Below, piece after piece: positions 24,393-35,103 of a stretch of 64,000 bases of DNA. Position numbers and translations under genes: made by a program. Source of the DNA: Saccostrea echinata (Eukaryota); assembly GCF_033153115.1 (NCBI RefSeq), contig NW_026889762.1, forward strand, positions 5,788,496 to 5,852,495, given 5' to 3'. The notes below the pieces were generated by a model. It was not told the DNA's origin. It saw only the letters and a program-made list of their open reading frames with translations, and ran no database searches. The number at the start of each line of letters is the position of its first letter. Positions within the stretch are counted from its first letter, which is position 1.

Positions 24393-25441
24393 AGGGTGAA
24401 TTCACCATGCGTCCGACACCCTCCTACCTCAACAAGTTCTAGCAATATCGCTACCGATCGAATATCATCATAATAGAGTTTAACATGTAGTATGGGATTA
24501 AAATATAAATTTTTGACTCAGATATATGCAATTTATTGAGAAAATATCACTAAAAACAGATTTTTTTTTTAAATGAGCCAGATTTCACCATGGATCAGAC
24601 AATGCTCTCCATGCATCGAACAAATGGTATTTAATCTGAGAAAATGTCATACCTTTATCTCTGCAGTGCTTTAAAATTAATGATCTGGAAATATTTTTAC
24701 CTTTTATTTAAAATTAACCTTCTAGTTAAATTTGATTGACTACATCGATCCACAAATGTGGGAGATTTTAATTGCATCACATCGTATTAGAAAGGCTTTA
24801 CAATGCGATTTATTTGTCAACTCGTACCTTTGTCTCGTGGGTTATCATACTCTGGTTTGTAAAAATAAATTGAGTCCAATTCTAGATGTCATGTATCGAT
24901 AACTTGTATATTCACAGAAAATTTACAGTTTTTATTTTCTATTTCTGCAAAAAACAACTGTCAGTTGAGTACTATATGAAAATGGAAGTGATTACCCATG
25001 CATCGGAAAGTGTCCGATGCATGGTTAATTTGTGTCCGATGTACAGTGAAATGAATATACTAGTAAAGAACAACTCTGAAAAAAATTATACAAACATAGA
25101 AGTAAAATTTCTTTAAAAGTTCTGTAAATTTGTCAATCATTGACAAATTTCACCTAAGTCCAACTCGTTCCATTTAAGTAAAAGGGCAACTCTAAAAATT
25201 TGCAAAATCATAAAATTCTGGTTATCCCCCTTTGATGATGTAAAATATGACATAACTTCAAGGCCATTCTCAGGGTATTTTTATCACAACATGATAATAA
25301 AAATCGGCATCATTAAAAAGTTTAAATCTTTAGCTTCAAAACAGAAACAAGTAAAAACACGGGAATAATCAGGTTTAAAGAAAGTTTATTGCTTGAAGTT
25401 GTCTGAAGCGAGGTATGTGTCTGATGCATGGTTAACTCACC
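24393..25441. mobile_element. Tc1/mariner-like TIR element copy 2 (inverted relative to copy 1), inside intron 12 of the PARP4-like gene
   Basis: GGGTGAATTCACCATGCGTCCGACACCC ... GGTATGTGTCTGATGCATGGTTAACTCACCC. Collinear reverse complement of 3672-4724; TA flanks on both sides. Confidence 0.75.
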
Positions 25442-25630
25442 CTACATGTATTGAAGAGTATTCAAAATTTCGCACAAAAGTAAAATTTAGAATAAATAGG
25501 GCTGTTCTGAACTGCCTTAGTTCATGTTTGCTTTATTTATGTGTATAAAATTGATTTTGGCAATGATCATGAGTCACATGAATTTGAACCTGCTAAAAAA
25601 CAAAGAAACGGTAATTTGTTTGTTTTGCAG

Positions 25631-25761
25631 ACATCAATGATGTAAAAAATGTGACAGACCCTCTGACAAAGGTCAAGGTCGGACTGGTATCCAATGATGA
25701 CACTCCTGTATCTCTCATAGAAGCCCACATTAGAGCAAAGTTGATTGACCTTGCAGGAGAG
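25631..25761 (+). CDS. PARP4: PARP4-like exon 13 (VIT domain start) (D)INDVKNVTDPLTKVKVGLVSNDDTPVSLIEAHIRAKLIDLAGE
   Basis: Matches human SGNLVPLEDVHIKGRIIDTVAQ. Acceptor ttgttttgcAG at 25629-30; donor GAG|GTAATG at 25762. Confidence 0.8.
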
Positions 25762-26306
25762 GTAATGGAAACCAAAATGGATGAAGTAACATAAAAAATA
25801 ATTGTTGTTGTTTTAATTAATCAGTCAATATCCTTTAACACAAAGACACGTTATAAGCCATCAGAGATATAGAGTCAAAATTTCTTATTTTTCAATCAGA
25901 TTATCCATGTACATTACAATATTATTCTTTGTTGAACATTCTATAGATACATGTAATATTCACCATTTTTTAGTACTGCTTGGTGCCAAATATGACTTAA
26001 ACAATGTATAAACATGAATTTAATTTATCAATAATCAAGTTTGTTCTACTACCATATAAGGGAATTTTCAGTGAGACGCAAATTTAGCGATTTGTCCTTC
26101 AAAATCAGTATTTAATATCGGAAGAAGTAACTTAAGCAATTTTATGGCACATGGAAAGATAATGATAACCTCTAAATAATGGTCAGGAATAAATTGTAAG
26201 CGATTTTTAATTTTAACGATCTCAGTACCCTTACTAAAAAGCCAAATTGAATCCTTGCCAAAATTTTGGCTTATACGGTATGTATTCTTGTGTTTGAATA
26301 CAACAG

Positions 26307-26531
26307 GTTGTAGTTCTACAAGAGTACCACAACAACAGTGACAAAGCTCTGGAAGCCAAGTATGTCTTCCCTCTGGATGATATGGCTGCTGTCTGTGGGT
26401 TTGAGGCCTTCATCAATGGTAAACACATCATAGGGGAGGTGAAAGAGAAAGAGACAGCACATAAAGAATACAAACAGGCCATAAAGGAGGGGCACGGGGC
26501 ATACCTAATGGACCAAGACGAGGAAACTCCA
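26307..26531 (+). CDS. PARP4: PARP4-like exon 14 (VIT domain) VVVLQEYHNNSDKALEAKYVFPLDDMAAVCGFEAFINGKHIIGEVKEKETAHKEYKQAIKEGHGAYLMDQDEETP
   Basis: Near-identical stretch to human VIVFQTYTNKSHVPIEAKYIFPLDDKAAVCGFEAFINGKHIVGEIKEKEEAQQEYLEAVTQGHGAYLMSQDAPD. Acceptor tacaacAG at 26305-06; donor CCA|GTAAGT at 26532. Confidence 0.95.
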
Positions 26532-26942
26532 GTAAGTAAAAATAATGTGGAGAAATCATGAAATGTTTTGGCGTCTTTTCTCTTTTGTAACTGTGAAGCA
26601 AAGCGTTATTGTGAGTTTTTTTTATTACCTAAAAATGCTCCTTATTTACATTGAAAAGTGAGCACTTAACAAGCATTTTTAATGATTTTAATTTCTTGAG
26701 ATTTGCATCTTCATATGTCTTTTAGATTTCTAATCAAGAGCATTATGTTTTCAAAGAATACATTTTATTAAATTTTAAAATTGATTATCTGTTGGTATTA
26801 TGTTAATCTGTATTGTAGCTCAGTTGTATTCATGTAGGTTTACAAGAAAGTGTCATTGGTTAGCTTTACATAAATTCTACACATTATTAAGCTAAACTGC
26901 CTGGGTAAATAAAGTGAGCACTCAGTTTTGATTTCTTATTAG

Positions 26943-27113
26943 GAAGTTTTTACGGTGAGTGTAGGAAACCTTCCCCCTAAGGCTACAGTCATCATTAAGA
27001 TCACCTACGTCACAGAGCTACAGGTCGAGGGGGAACTCATCAACTTCCGTCTCCCTGGCAGCGTGGCGCCATGGAAACAGAAGTATGTCGTTGCTCCAGA
27101 ATTCAAAGACAAG
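26943..27113 (+). CDS. PARP4: PARP4-like exon 15 (VIT domain) EVFTVSVGNLPPKATVIIKITYVTELQVEGELINFRLPGSVAPWKQKYVVAPEFKDK
   Basis: Matches human DVFTVSVGNLPPKAKVLIKITYITELSILGTVGVFFMPATVAPWQQDK. Acceptor tttcttattAG at 26941-42; donor AAG|GTTTGT at 27114. Confidence 0.95.
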
Positions 27114-27437
27114 GTTTGTGCATTTTAAAATAAGGACACAGAACTGAGATTTGCAGTTTTGATATATAAGTTATTAAATTCAGCTATCAGGGGGAAAATG
27201 TTGAATTGTCCAATTTTCTGAAAATGGAGTTATTATAATACAAAAGAAGTTTAAGAAATGATACAGTCTAAAGTGCTCTTTCAAATAGTTTGTGTTTTGA
27301 CATGTTGGTATGACTTGTTCATGTATGATGTGTATGTTAAACAACCCTCAATTGTTTGATCGATGCACAGTGCTAAAATGGAAAGAGGAAAGATTAAGTG
27401 TAAGAAGTAATATGATGATTTCTGTCTTTCATATCAG

Positions 27438-27548
27438 GACTGGGATACAGTTCAAGTCGAGGACACTGACTGCAGTGTACAGGTTTACGTGGACATGCCT
27501 TTTGACATCAGGAGTCTGGAATGTCCAACACACAAAATACTTGTTAAG
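27438..27548 (+). CDS. PARP4: PARP4-like exon 16 DWDTVQVEDTDCSVQVYVDMPFDIRSLECPTHKILVK
   Basis: Resembles human ...FSLTMSIEMPYVIEFIFSDTHELKQK. Acceptor tctttcatatcAG at 27436-37; donor AAG|GTATGA at 27549. Confidence 0.8.
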
Positions 27549-28727
27549 GTATGACCGTCATTATACTTGTCTGGTAAAATTTGATGAAAAGTACAATGTA
27601 CTATTGCATTAGACCTTTGGCATTGTATTGTATTACATTGACAGGGAGTCTGTTCATGACAGGATAACAGGAACTCTTTTTTTTCATAACTTATTTTCTT
27701 CTTATGTTAATCCTGAATTGTACGTTCGTAATAAATACGTTTTACCAAATGTGTTGAAACTAAATTTAGTGTCAATATTAACCCAAGCTTTCTTACGCTT
27801 GGTGTCTGGATCAATGTTCATAGTTAATTACATTTACAAAACTACCCGATTAATTAAGAAATAATTAAGTGAAATTAACTCTTTCACCAGTCTGTCCAAG
27901 CGTATGCTCATCAGTGTATCAATTAATTTTAATTATACGGCGACATTAAGTGTAAATAGGTAATTTTTTTATGTCTACTTTGGATGAATAAAGAAACAAT
28001 TTGAATGCATGCTTTGTTGCTGTGTTAATTTATTTAATATGTGACCAAAAAAAAAAAAAAAAAAAAAAACCAAACGAAACATTGGTAATTTGAATTGACC
28101 ATAAATTAAAAATGAAAGTAGATCAAAATAAACAAGATGGATGCCAAGGGATCTAGAAGATTGAGTTTGAAGAGTATTAAGCTTTATTTAAGTGAATTTA
28201 TTTATAATAAAAACTTGAAACAGTAAGTAAATATTGTGAAATGATATGTCAATTAAAACTTGTATTTCAAATAAACCTAAAAAATCGAAATTATATGTAA
28301 CGTAAGATGTATAATACATCCAATAATTTACACAAACGTCGTATCGTCAGCCGTCCGACATGAATTTCATCCAACTATGGTTATTATAAAAGTCGCTTAT
28401 TATAAAGTTTTGGCCTGACAAATAAACTATGATAATAAACGAATTGTACTGTATTTTGAAACCTCTACTTAGTTAATAGACAAAACATTTTCTTTTTAAC
28501 GAAAGTTTGGTTTGACATTAAAATGCTATAGGTAGTGATGACACCTTAAAAATTTTTGAAATTATACCTTAGGTAAAATATTTTGTGAAAACTTCCACAT
28601 ATGTAGGTAGTAAAAATGTACAGGCATTAACTGCACAAGGTGTTAAGTACATTTTAGGTGGTGTATTTTGTAGAGGACTGCCACACAAGGTGTTTAATAC
28701 ATTATTTTATTTTGTTGCATTTTGTAG

Positions 28728-28862
28728 AGAACTGCCACTAAAGCTACTGTAGAGATGAAAGAGGACCAGACAATAGAAGATGGCTTCCAGTTGCTGATAG
28801 GTCTAGCAGAGATCCACGTGCCGCGAATGTGGGTGGAATCGGACGAAGGCGAAGATTCACAG
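28728..28862 (+). CDS. PARP4: PARP4-like exon 17 RTATKATVEMKEDQTIEDGFQLLIGLAEIHVPRMWVESDEGEDSQ
   Basis: Matches human RTDCKAVISTMEGSSLDSSGFSLHIGLSAAYLPRMWVEKHPEKESE. Acceptor ttgcattttgtAG at 28726-27; donor CAG|GTATTC at 28863. A partial copy of the acceptor plus the first 14 nt lies 50 bp upstream (28650-28665: ttttgtagaggactgccaca). Confidence 0.9.
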
Positions 28863-29217
28863 GTATTCCATAATAGTTGTGTATTTACCTTTTCCTTATT
28901 ATCTCAACTAAAAAAGAATAAGCTTGATAAATGCTTAAAAAGCATATTAAGTACAAGAGCAAGTTAAAGGAATTTAATTAAACTTAGCCTTTGAAATTAA
29001 TTTTTTTGATTTTAAAAGGATTATGTTGTAACAGTTTTTAAAGAGCCAAAATTAGATAAAAGACATATACTTTGTATATGCGTAAAATTTCTTTTTCAGC
29101 AAAGCATATATTAACTGCAAATTCATTCATGATACAATTTTTAAGGAAGTCTCAGATAAACGCACTTTTAGTTCTGAGATTTGAATTAAGATTTTGAATG
29201 CCACTGAGGCTAGACTC

Positions 29218-30087
29218 TCACAAATGTTTTACTGAGTCTAGTTTTCTGTTAGTTAATCACTGCTGGATTGTCAGTGAGTTACTTAACAGGCCTGTGTGCT
29301 GACCTATTACCCTGAGTCTTATTCTCTCTCAGTAAGTCACTGTTGATATGTTTACTGGTTTTATTACAGGCCTGTATGCTGACCTTTTACCCTGAGTCTT
29401 ATTCTCTGTCAGTTATTCACAGTTGATATGTTTACTGGTTTTATTACCAGGCCTGTATGCTGACTTTTTACTCTGAGTCAAATCCTCTGTCAGTTATTCA
29501 CAGTTGATATGTTTACTGGTTTTATTACCAGGCCTGTATGCTGACTTTTTACTCTGAGTCAAATTCTCTGTCAGTTATTCACAGTTGATATGTTTACTGG
29601 TTTTATTACCAGGCCTGTATGCTGACTTTTTACTCTGAGTCAAATCCTCTGTCAGTTATTCACAGTTGATATGTTTACTGGTTTAATTACCAGGCCTGTA
29701 TGCTGACCTTTTACCCTGAGTCTTATTCCCCGTCAGTTATTCACAGTTGATATGTTTACTGGTTTTATTACCAGGCCTGTATGTTGACTTTTTACTCTGA
29801 GTCAAATCCTCTGTCAGTTATTCACTGTTGATATGTTTACTGGTTTTATTACCAGACCTGTATGCTGTCCTTTTAATCTGAGTCAAATCCTCTGTCAGTT
29901 ATTCACTGTTGATATGTTTACTGGTTTTATTACCAGGCCTGTATGCTGACCTTTTAAGTATCTGAGTCTAATCCTCTGTCAGTTATTCACTGTTGATATG
30001 TTTACTGGTTTAATTACCAGGCCTGTATGCTGACCTAATTCTCTGTCAGTTATTCACTGTTGATATGTTTACTGGTTTTATTACCAG
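29218..30087. repeat. Intronic tandem repeat of about 10.5 copies of an 80-82-bp unit that ends exactly at the exon 18 acceptor. Each unit contains the acceptor and the first about 30 nt of exon 18
   Basis: Unit ...gttgatatgtttactggttttattacCAG|GCCTGTATGCTGACCTTTTACCCTGAGtcttattctctgtcagttattcaca. The last unit runs straight into exon 18 (ACMLTFYPE...). Upstream units carry an in-frame TGA (cacagtTGAtatg). Confidence 0.9.
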
Positions 30088-30274
30088 GCCTGTATGCTGA
30101 CCTTTTACCCTGAGTTTGAGGCCGAGGAGGAGTCAGAGGTCGAGGTCATTTTGATGATTGACAGCTCCAACTCCATGAAAGGCTCCGCCCTACAACAAGC
30201 CAAGAAGGCTGCTCTATTGACTCTTCACCTCATGGAGTCCAGTTGGAGATTTAATGTGGTGTCTTTTGGAACAG
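30088..30274 (+). CDS. PARP4: PARP4-like exon 18 (VWA domain start, MIDAS-like DSSNS) ACMLTFYPEFEAEEESEVEVILMIDSSNSMKGSALQQAKKAALLTLHLMESSWRFNVVSFGT
   Basis: Matches human EACMLVFQPDLDVDLPDLASESEVIICLDCSSSMEGVTFLQAKQIALHALSLVGEKQKVNIIQFGTG. Acceptor ttttattaccAG at 30086-87; donor ACAG|GTACAA at 30275; ends phase 1. Confidence 0.9.
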
Positions 30275-30626
30275 GTACAATTTGGGGAGATGAATATACA
30301 TTAAAAAAAACAGTAATAACAAACCTGCCTATAATGAATTCATGCTAACAGCCAAGTGATTTTCATTCCCTGTGATTTTAAAAAATTCTATTATGAACTT
30401 ATCTGGAATTACAAATTAGGCTTGTAACAAAATCAGAATTGTTTGTCTCTGTCACTTTGCTTAAATGTGTTTTTCTCATACTCTGTCTGTTGAGAGACAT
30501 TGTTCCAGATAATATGTGTCTCCATTATCTGTACATATTTTTTTTAATTTTTCAAAAATGAATTATGCAAAAGTACTGTCATCATTGAAATTCAAGTTAT
30601 CTTTTGTTGAATTTTGTATGTTTCAG

Positions 30627-30700
30627 CTTTCCAAGAGCTTTTCCCATCCAGTCAGCCTGCTAGTAAATCCAACATACAGACAGCAAAACAGTTCATACAG
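30627..30700 (+). CDS. PARP4: PARP4-like exon 19 (VWA) (A)FQELFPSSQPASKSNIQTAKQFIQ, followed by a GC donor
   Basis: Matches human YKELFSYPKHITSNTMAAEFIMSA. Acceptor ttgtatgtttcAG at 30625-26. The only donor compatible with the phase-0 start of exon 20 is CAG|GCAAGA at 30701-02 (GC-AG intron); no in-frame GT is available before the TAA at 30722. Confidence 0.7.
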
Positions 30701-30792
30701 GCAAGAAATAAGAATTACTAACACCCAGGATCAGTGAAAATTAATACTGCTTGTATATTTATTATTAATTTTTCTTTTGATTTCTCCTTCAG

Positions 30793-30980
30793 AGGCTGCA
30801 AGCAGATCAGGGTAACACAGAACTTTGCCGACCTTTGAACTCTTACTACCTCCTAAAGCCAGAAAGTTACACCAGAAATATATTCCTCATCTCTGATGGC
30901 CATATTAACAATGAGGAGACTACTCTGTCCAGAATCACCCAAAATTACCAGCACACAAGGGTCTTTACATTAGGGGTCAG
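30793..30980 (+). CDS. PARP4: PARP4-like exon 20 (VWA) RLQADQGNTELCRPLNSYYLLKPESYTRNIFLISDGHINNEETTLSRITQNYQHTRVFTLGV
   Basis: Matches human MGNTDFWKTLRYLSLLYPARGSRNILLVSDGHLQDESLTLQLVKRSRPHTRLFACGIG. Acceptor tttctccttcAG at 30791-92; donor AG|GTAATG at 30981; ends phase 2. Confidence 0.9.
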
Positions 30981-31989
30981 GTAATGTCAGAATATATTTT
31001 ATGAATTTTATGAAAAATAACATCTTCACAATTATCTAGTTAGTAAATTGATTAATTAATTACTTTTTTAAAGGGGGGGGGGGGATTGCAAAAGTTAAAA
31101 TATTACAACATTTCTGACTTAACTAGGCCGAGTCTAATTATTTCTACCCTAGAGTTTTTGATAAATTTTCTTGAATTAATTTTTACTATAATTATACATG
31201 TATTTATTGTTTTAAGATTAAAAAATGAATGTTTACCATCCCGGTTTCTTAGGGGGCCATCTCAAAAGTTGTCAAATTTTACTATAGGACCCTATGGGAA
31301 TTTGTTGGAAAAGCACCATATTACCTCATTTTCCCCATATTTTTTGTATTTCTGCCCTAGAGAGCCAAGAACATGAAAGGTATTGTAAAAAATCACCTAA
31401 TTGTGAAATTTCAAAAAAGTTGACCATCTAGGTTGGTGTAGGAATTATTACAAAGCTTATTTTTCAATGCTCAATGCCTCAAAAATTGTCATATTGTGGT
31501 ATATGTATATATCTGTGCAGATGAATTATCGGCACAGATGAATTATTTTGGTAAAAAATAGCAATGTTTAGGTTGCTAGTATGTTTCTTTTGATGTTCTG
31601 CCAACAGTTCTTAGTCAAATATCCATGGAAATCTTGAATATACAAGCAAGTCATGTGCAATTCTTCAGCGTCATGCATTGCTTTCAAAATCGGAAAACAG
31701 TGACGTCGTTAGAGCCATTTCAGCGTTTTTCCTTAATTATTGTCGTAAAAGCACATTTTCAGACTCGAAGGCGTTATAGATAATGTTAATTTTGTATTAA
31801 AATCACAATATTTGGGAAAGGTGTAATGTCGCACATATGACAGTATGAAATTAAAAAGCTGCGCAAAGTCATGCACACTCGAATTAGACTCGGCCTCATT
31901 AAATTTTATTAGATTTACAGTAACTGTCTACTCTTTTGTTTATAATAAGTATATTAATAATTTTATTACTTTTTTTCTCATTTTTACAG

Positions 31990-32089
31990 CTCTGTGGCTA
32001 ATCATCACATACTGAAAGCTGTTGCCAGAGTAGGAGCAGGGTCATTTGAGTTTTACGACTCCAAGTTCAAATCGAAGTGGGAGGATAAG
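31990..32089 (+). CDS. PARP4: PARP4-like exon 21 (VWA end) (S)SVANHHILKAVARVGAGSFEFYDSKFKSKWEDK
   Basis: Matches human STANRHVLRILSQCGAGVFEYFNAKSKHSWRKQIEDQ. Acceptor ctcatttttacAG at 31988-89; donor AAG|GTAAAC at 32090. Confidence 0.9.
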
Positions 32090-32433
32090 GTAAACATTAC
32101 AGTAAAACTTTGTTATCTCAAACTCAATGGGACCTAGAAAAAACTGTCAGATTTCCAAGAATTCGAGACATCAGGCGAAAAATATTAAAGAATAAGTGGT
32201 TTGGACTTCCAAATCACTTGGACATATCCATGATATTCGGCATATCTGTGTTTGAGATTCCAAAGTTTAACTGTATTTATAAAATTGAAAAAGATAATTT
32301 TTAAATGTCTTTTTGTGGCAGCGATTTTCTTTCTCCCTATTTTTTTCTCCTCTACAATCAACCTTATTGACTTGTGTTAGCTTTTTTCCCTCCTTCTCTG
32401 CAATTAGATCATATATTATTTGTCTGTTTTAAG

Positions 32434-32601
32434 ATCAAGTCCCAGTTACAGAAAGCTGCCCAACCAGTGTTGACCTCTGTGTCTGTTGATTGGGGCCATG
32501 ACGACCAACACCCAGCTCCCATCCAAGCTCCGCAGCAAATAACAGCTCTGTTCAGTGGGTCCCGACAAGTCATCTACGGCTTTGTGGACAATTGTTACAT
32601 G
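32434..32601 (+). CDS. PARP4: PARP4-like exon 22 IKSQLQKAAQPVLTSVSVDWGHDDQHPAPIQAPQQITALFSGSRQVIYGFVDNCYM
   Basis: Matches human MTRLCSPSCHSVSVKWQQLNPDVPEALQAPAQVPSLFLNDRLLVYGFIPHCTQ. Acceptor tctgttttaAG at 32432-33; donor ATG|GTTTGT at 32602. Confidence 0.9.
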
Positions 32602-32833
32602 GTTTGTACTACATGTATTTTACAAAAAGAAGCCATAATATTGGATGGCTTCTTGTGGGAGTTTTCATTAAAAGAATAATTAATTTCAGATTTTTTGGTC
32701 CTACTTATTTGTGAAGATACAGGGACCATTATTTGTGAGATTATGTACCAGTCAAAGAAAAGTGCTTTGTCTAGTGTATATATTTTGTGTTATATTAACA
32801 TTCTAACTTAATGACATTGTGTTACTATTTCAG

Positions 32834-32914
32834 GCAACTCTGAAAGCAGAAGTCGGAGGTCAAGAGATATCAACTGTTGTGTCGACCTCTGACCTTAGTG
32901 TCACAAAGGGCAAG
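32834..32914 (+). CDS. PARP4: PARP4-like exon 23 ATLKAEVGGQEISTVVSTSDLSVTKGK
   Basis: Matches human ATLCALIQEKEFRTMVSTTELQKTTGT. Acceptor ttactatttcAG at 32832-33; donor AAG|GTCAGT at 32915. Confidence 0.85.
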
Positions 32915-33146
32915 GTCAGTTTCACAATTCACAGATAAAAACAAAACCATCCTCAGGCTGATAGGATGCTAGAAATAAACAGAATGTTTGGCTTTGTGCT
33001 ATAAATTACATCAATTCTAAACCCTCAAGAGATTATACTTGTATAAGACAACTTTCTGATGATCTTTTAATTTTCTTCTGAATTCAGCGCAGCTCCCTAT
33101 GTACCATTATGTACAAACATCAGCCATGATTTTGATTTATTTTTAG

Positions 33147-33227
33147 ATGCTGCACAGACTGACTGCGAAAGGGGTGATAAGAGATTGGGAAGATGGAGTT
33201 CTTTCCCCTGACAGGACAGGACATGAG
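33147..33227 (+). CDS. PARP4: PARP4-like exon 24 MLHRLTAKGVIRDWEDGVLSPDRTGHE
   Basis: Matches human MIHKLAARALIRDYEDGILHENETSHE. Acceptor gatttatttttAG at 33145-46; donor GAG|GTAAAA at 33228. Confidence 0.9.
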
Positions 33228-33756
33228 GTAAAAAAAAACAAAAATAGAATTTGTTATATATTGCCATTGGTGAATCATTTTCTAAGCCATAGGTATCTTA
33301 AAATGCTTAAAAACATAATTTTATATATTGCTTTGTAAATTAATGTACAAATAGGTACCAATAGGACCTGATTTGTACGCACTCTTCTATTATCATGTGA
33401 CATTTCTAAAGTACAAAAATGCAAACATCATACATACCGGTACATGCATATGTATGTATGTTTGGATGTTTTACAGTATGTGCAAATTTATGGAAAATAA
33501 GAATTCAGCATTAATATAAAAAGAGTTAAGAATGGAACAGTCCAGCTGGTTAAAATAGGCATTTTATACTGTAATCACATTAATCATTCACCTGTATATT
33601 CAATTCTGATTTTTTAATAAATATTTTATTGTTTAAACAGGTAATTAAGGAATGAATAAATCATATAACTGACAAGTTACATGTATTTGATTTTAATAAT
33701 TATGAAAATGTATTATTCACTACAGTATGTACTAAACTATTTTTTCTGAATATCAG

Positions 33757-33858
33757 GTGAAGAAAATGAATCTGAAGCAGTATATTATAGAGTTGAGTAA
33801 GAAATATACCATAGTCACATCACTCACCAGCTTTGTCGCCATCGAGAAACGAGAAAAG
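33757..33858 (+). CDS. PARP4: PARP4-like exon 25 VKKMNLKQYIIELSKKYTIVTSLTSFVAIEKREK
   Basis: Matches human MKKQTLKSLIIKLSKENSLITQFTSFVAVEKRDE. Acceptor ttttctgaatatcAG at 33755-56; donor AAG|GTAATC at 33859. Confidence 0.9.
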
Positions 33859-34237
33859 GTAATCACTTCTGAAATCTGGTAATTATTACATGTAACATAC
33901 TGACTTTTTAAAGCAAAAATCTCGGATAATTTTCCTTCTAAATTCTATGGATCTCACACCAAGAAGAACAACAGATCAGAACAATCTTTATAGATTATTG
34001 TACATTTTTTCTTTATTATAATTTTACTATATGGTAGTTGAGATTTATTTTACAAACTGAGAACATCAACATTTAAATGTAAGCACTTTTCTTAAATATT
34101 GACTCCTTATACCTTTAAATCTTTAGTATCTAATATTCTACCCATTGAACACCTACAGGCACAAGATTCCACTTTGAAATTTACAATTTATATACATTGT
34201 AACTTTGTAATGGATCTCTGGATTAATTAAATTGCAG

Positions 34238-34333
34238 GATGAGGTTATCCCTGAGGATGCTCCAGATATTTGGGACCTCCTGGAAAATGAGGATGTAGAT
34301 CAGCTAAAGTATTTATCATGGGAAGGAGAGGAG
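34238..34333 (+). CDS. PARP4: PARP4-like exon 26 DEVIPEDAPDIWDLLENEDVDQLKYLSWEGEE
   Basis: Resembles human PFPDIPKVSELIAKEDVDFLPYMSWQGEPQE. Acceptor ttaattaaattgcAG at 34236-37; donor GAG|GTACAT at 34334. Confidence 0.8.
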
Positions 34334-34739
34334 GTACATTGAATAGAACTCACATTAGAAAAAGTCACATGACCATTGAATTCTATTTATACACATTTAT
34401 TATACCTAATTTTATAGATAGTTTGGTAAACTTTTCATTATTTCGAATTTTGTTCATTTTACAACTTTTCTAAATTTTTATGTTTTTAATTCTCTGTTGG
34501 ATGATCATATGATATGGATTCACAAGACCTGCTACATTTCAGACAAATATATTGACTTTTGATTGCTCTGTTTATCTTATAATAGAGAGGGCTCATGGAG
34601 GGTATAACTGATGGACAAGGGGATGCTTGCTTCTCCTAGGCCCTTGATCCCGACTCTGGTGTATTACCAGAGTTCCATGTTTTTATGGCATGTTCACATT
34701 TTGTGTTACATAAAGGATTTATGAGATAAATCACCGATT

Positions 34740-35049
34740 GTTATCTTCACCTCTAGTCATAGGAGTATACAATGGAATGTACATACATGTGATCTATAAC
34801 AACTGTTTCTTATACCAACAGAAAAATAGGAGAAGAATAAAAAATTCATTGTGAAATAAGATATATATTTATATTTTGTTTTCTACCAAGGATGAGAGTT
34901 CACCTCCACTCATAGGAGTATACAATGAAATGTACATACATGTAATCTGTAACAACTGTTTCTTATACCAACTGAAAAAAAGGAGAAAAATAAAAAAAAA
35001 TCCTTGTGAAAGCAGATATATAATTATTTATATTTTGTTTTCTACATAG
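34740..35049. repeat. Tandem duplication (2 x about 150-165 bp) ending at the exon 27 acceptor. The upstream copy carries a pseudo-acceptor plus first 12 nt of exon 27
   Basis: 34860-34892 tattttgttttctaccaAGgatgagagttcacctcc parallels 35030-35066 tattttgttttctacatAGgatgagagttcagagag. The bodies (agtcataggagtatacaatggaatgtacatacatgt... / actcataggagtatacaatgaaatgtacatacatgt...) are also collinear. Confidence 0.85.
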
Positions 35050-35103
35050 GATGAGAGTTCAGAGAGTTCAAGCGATGAAGGAGAAACGGAAGAGTCTTCC
35101 ACG
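35050..35103 (+). CDS. PARP4: Acidic-tail exon 27 DESSESSSDEGETEESST
   Basis: Phase-0 open frame between acceptor ttttctacatAG (35048-49) and donor ACG|GTAAAT (35104); Ser/Glu/Asp-rich. No vertebrate counterpart identified; assignment rests on phase continuity. Confidence 0.55.
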
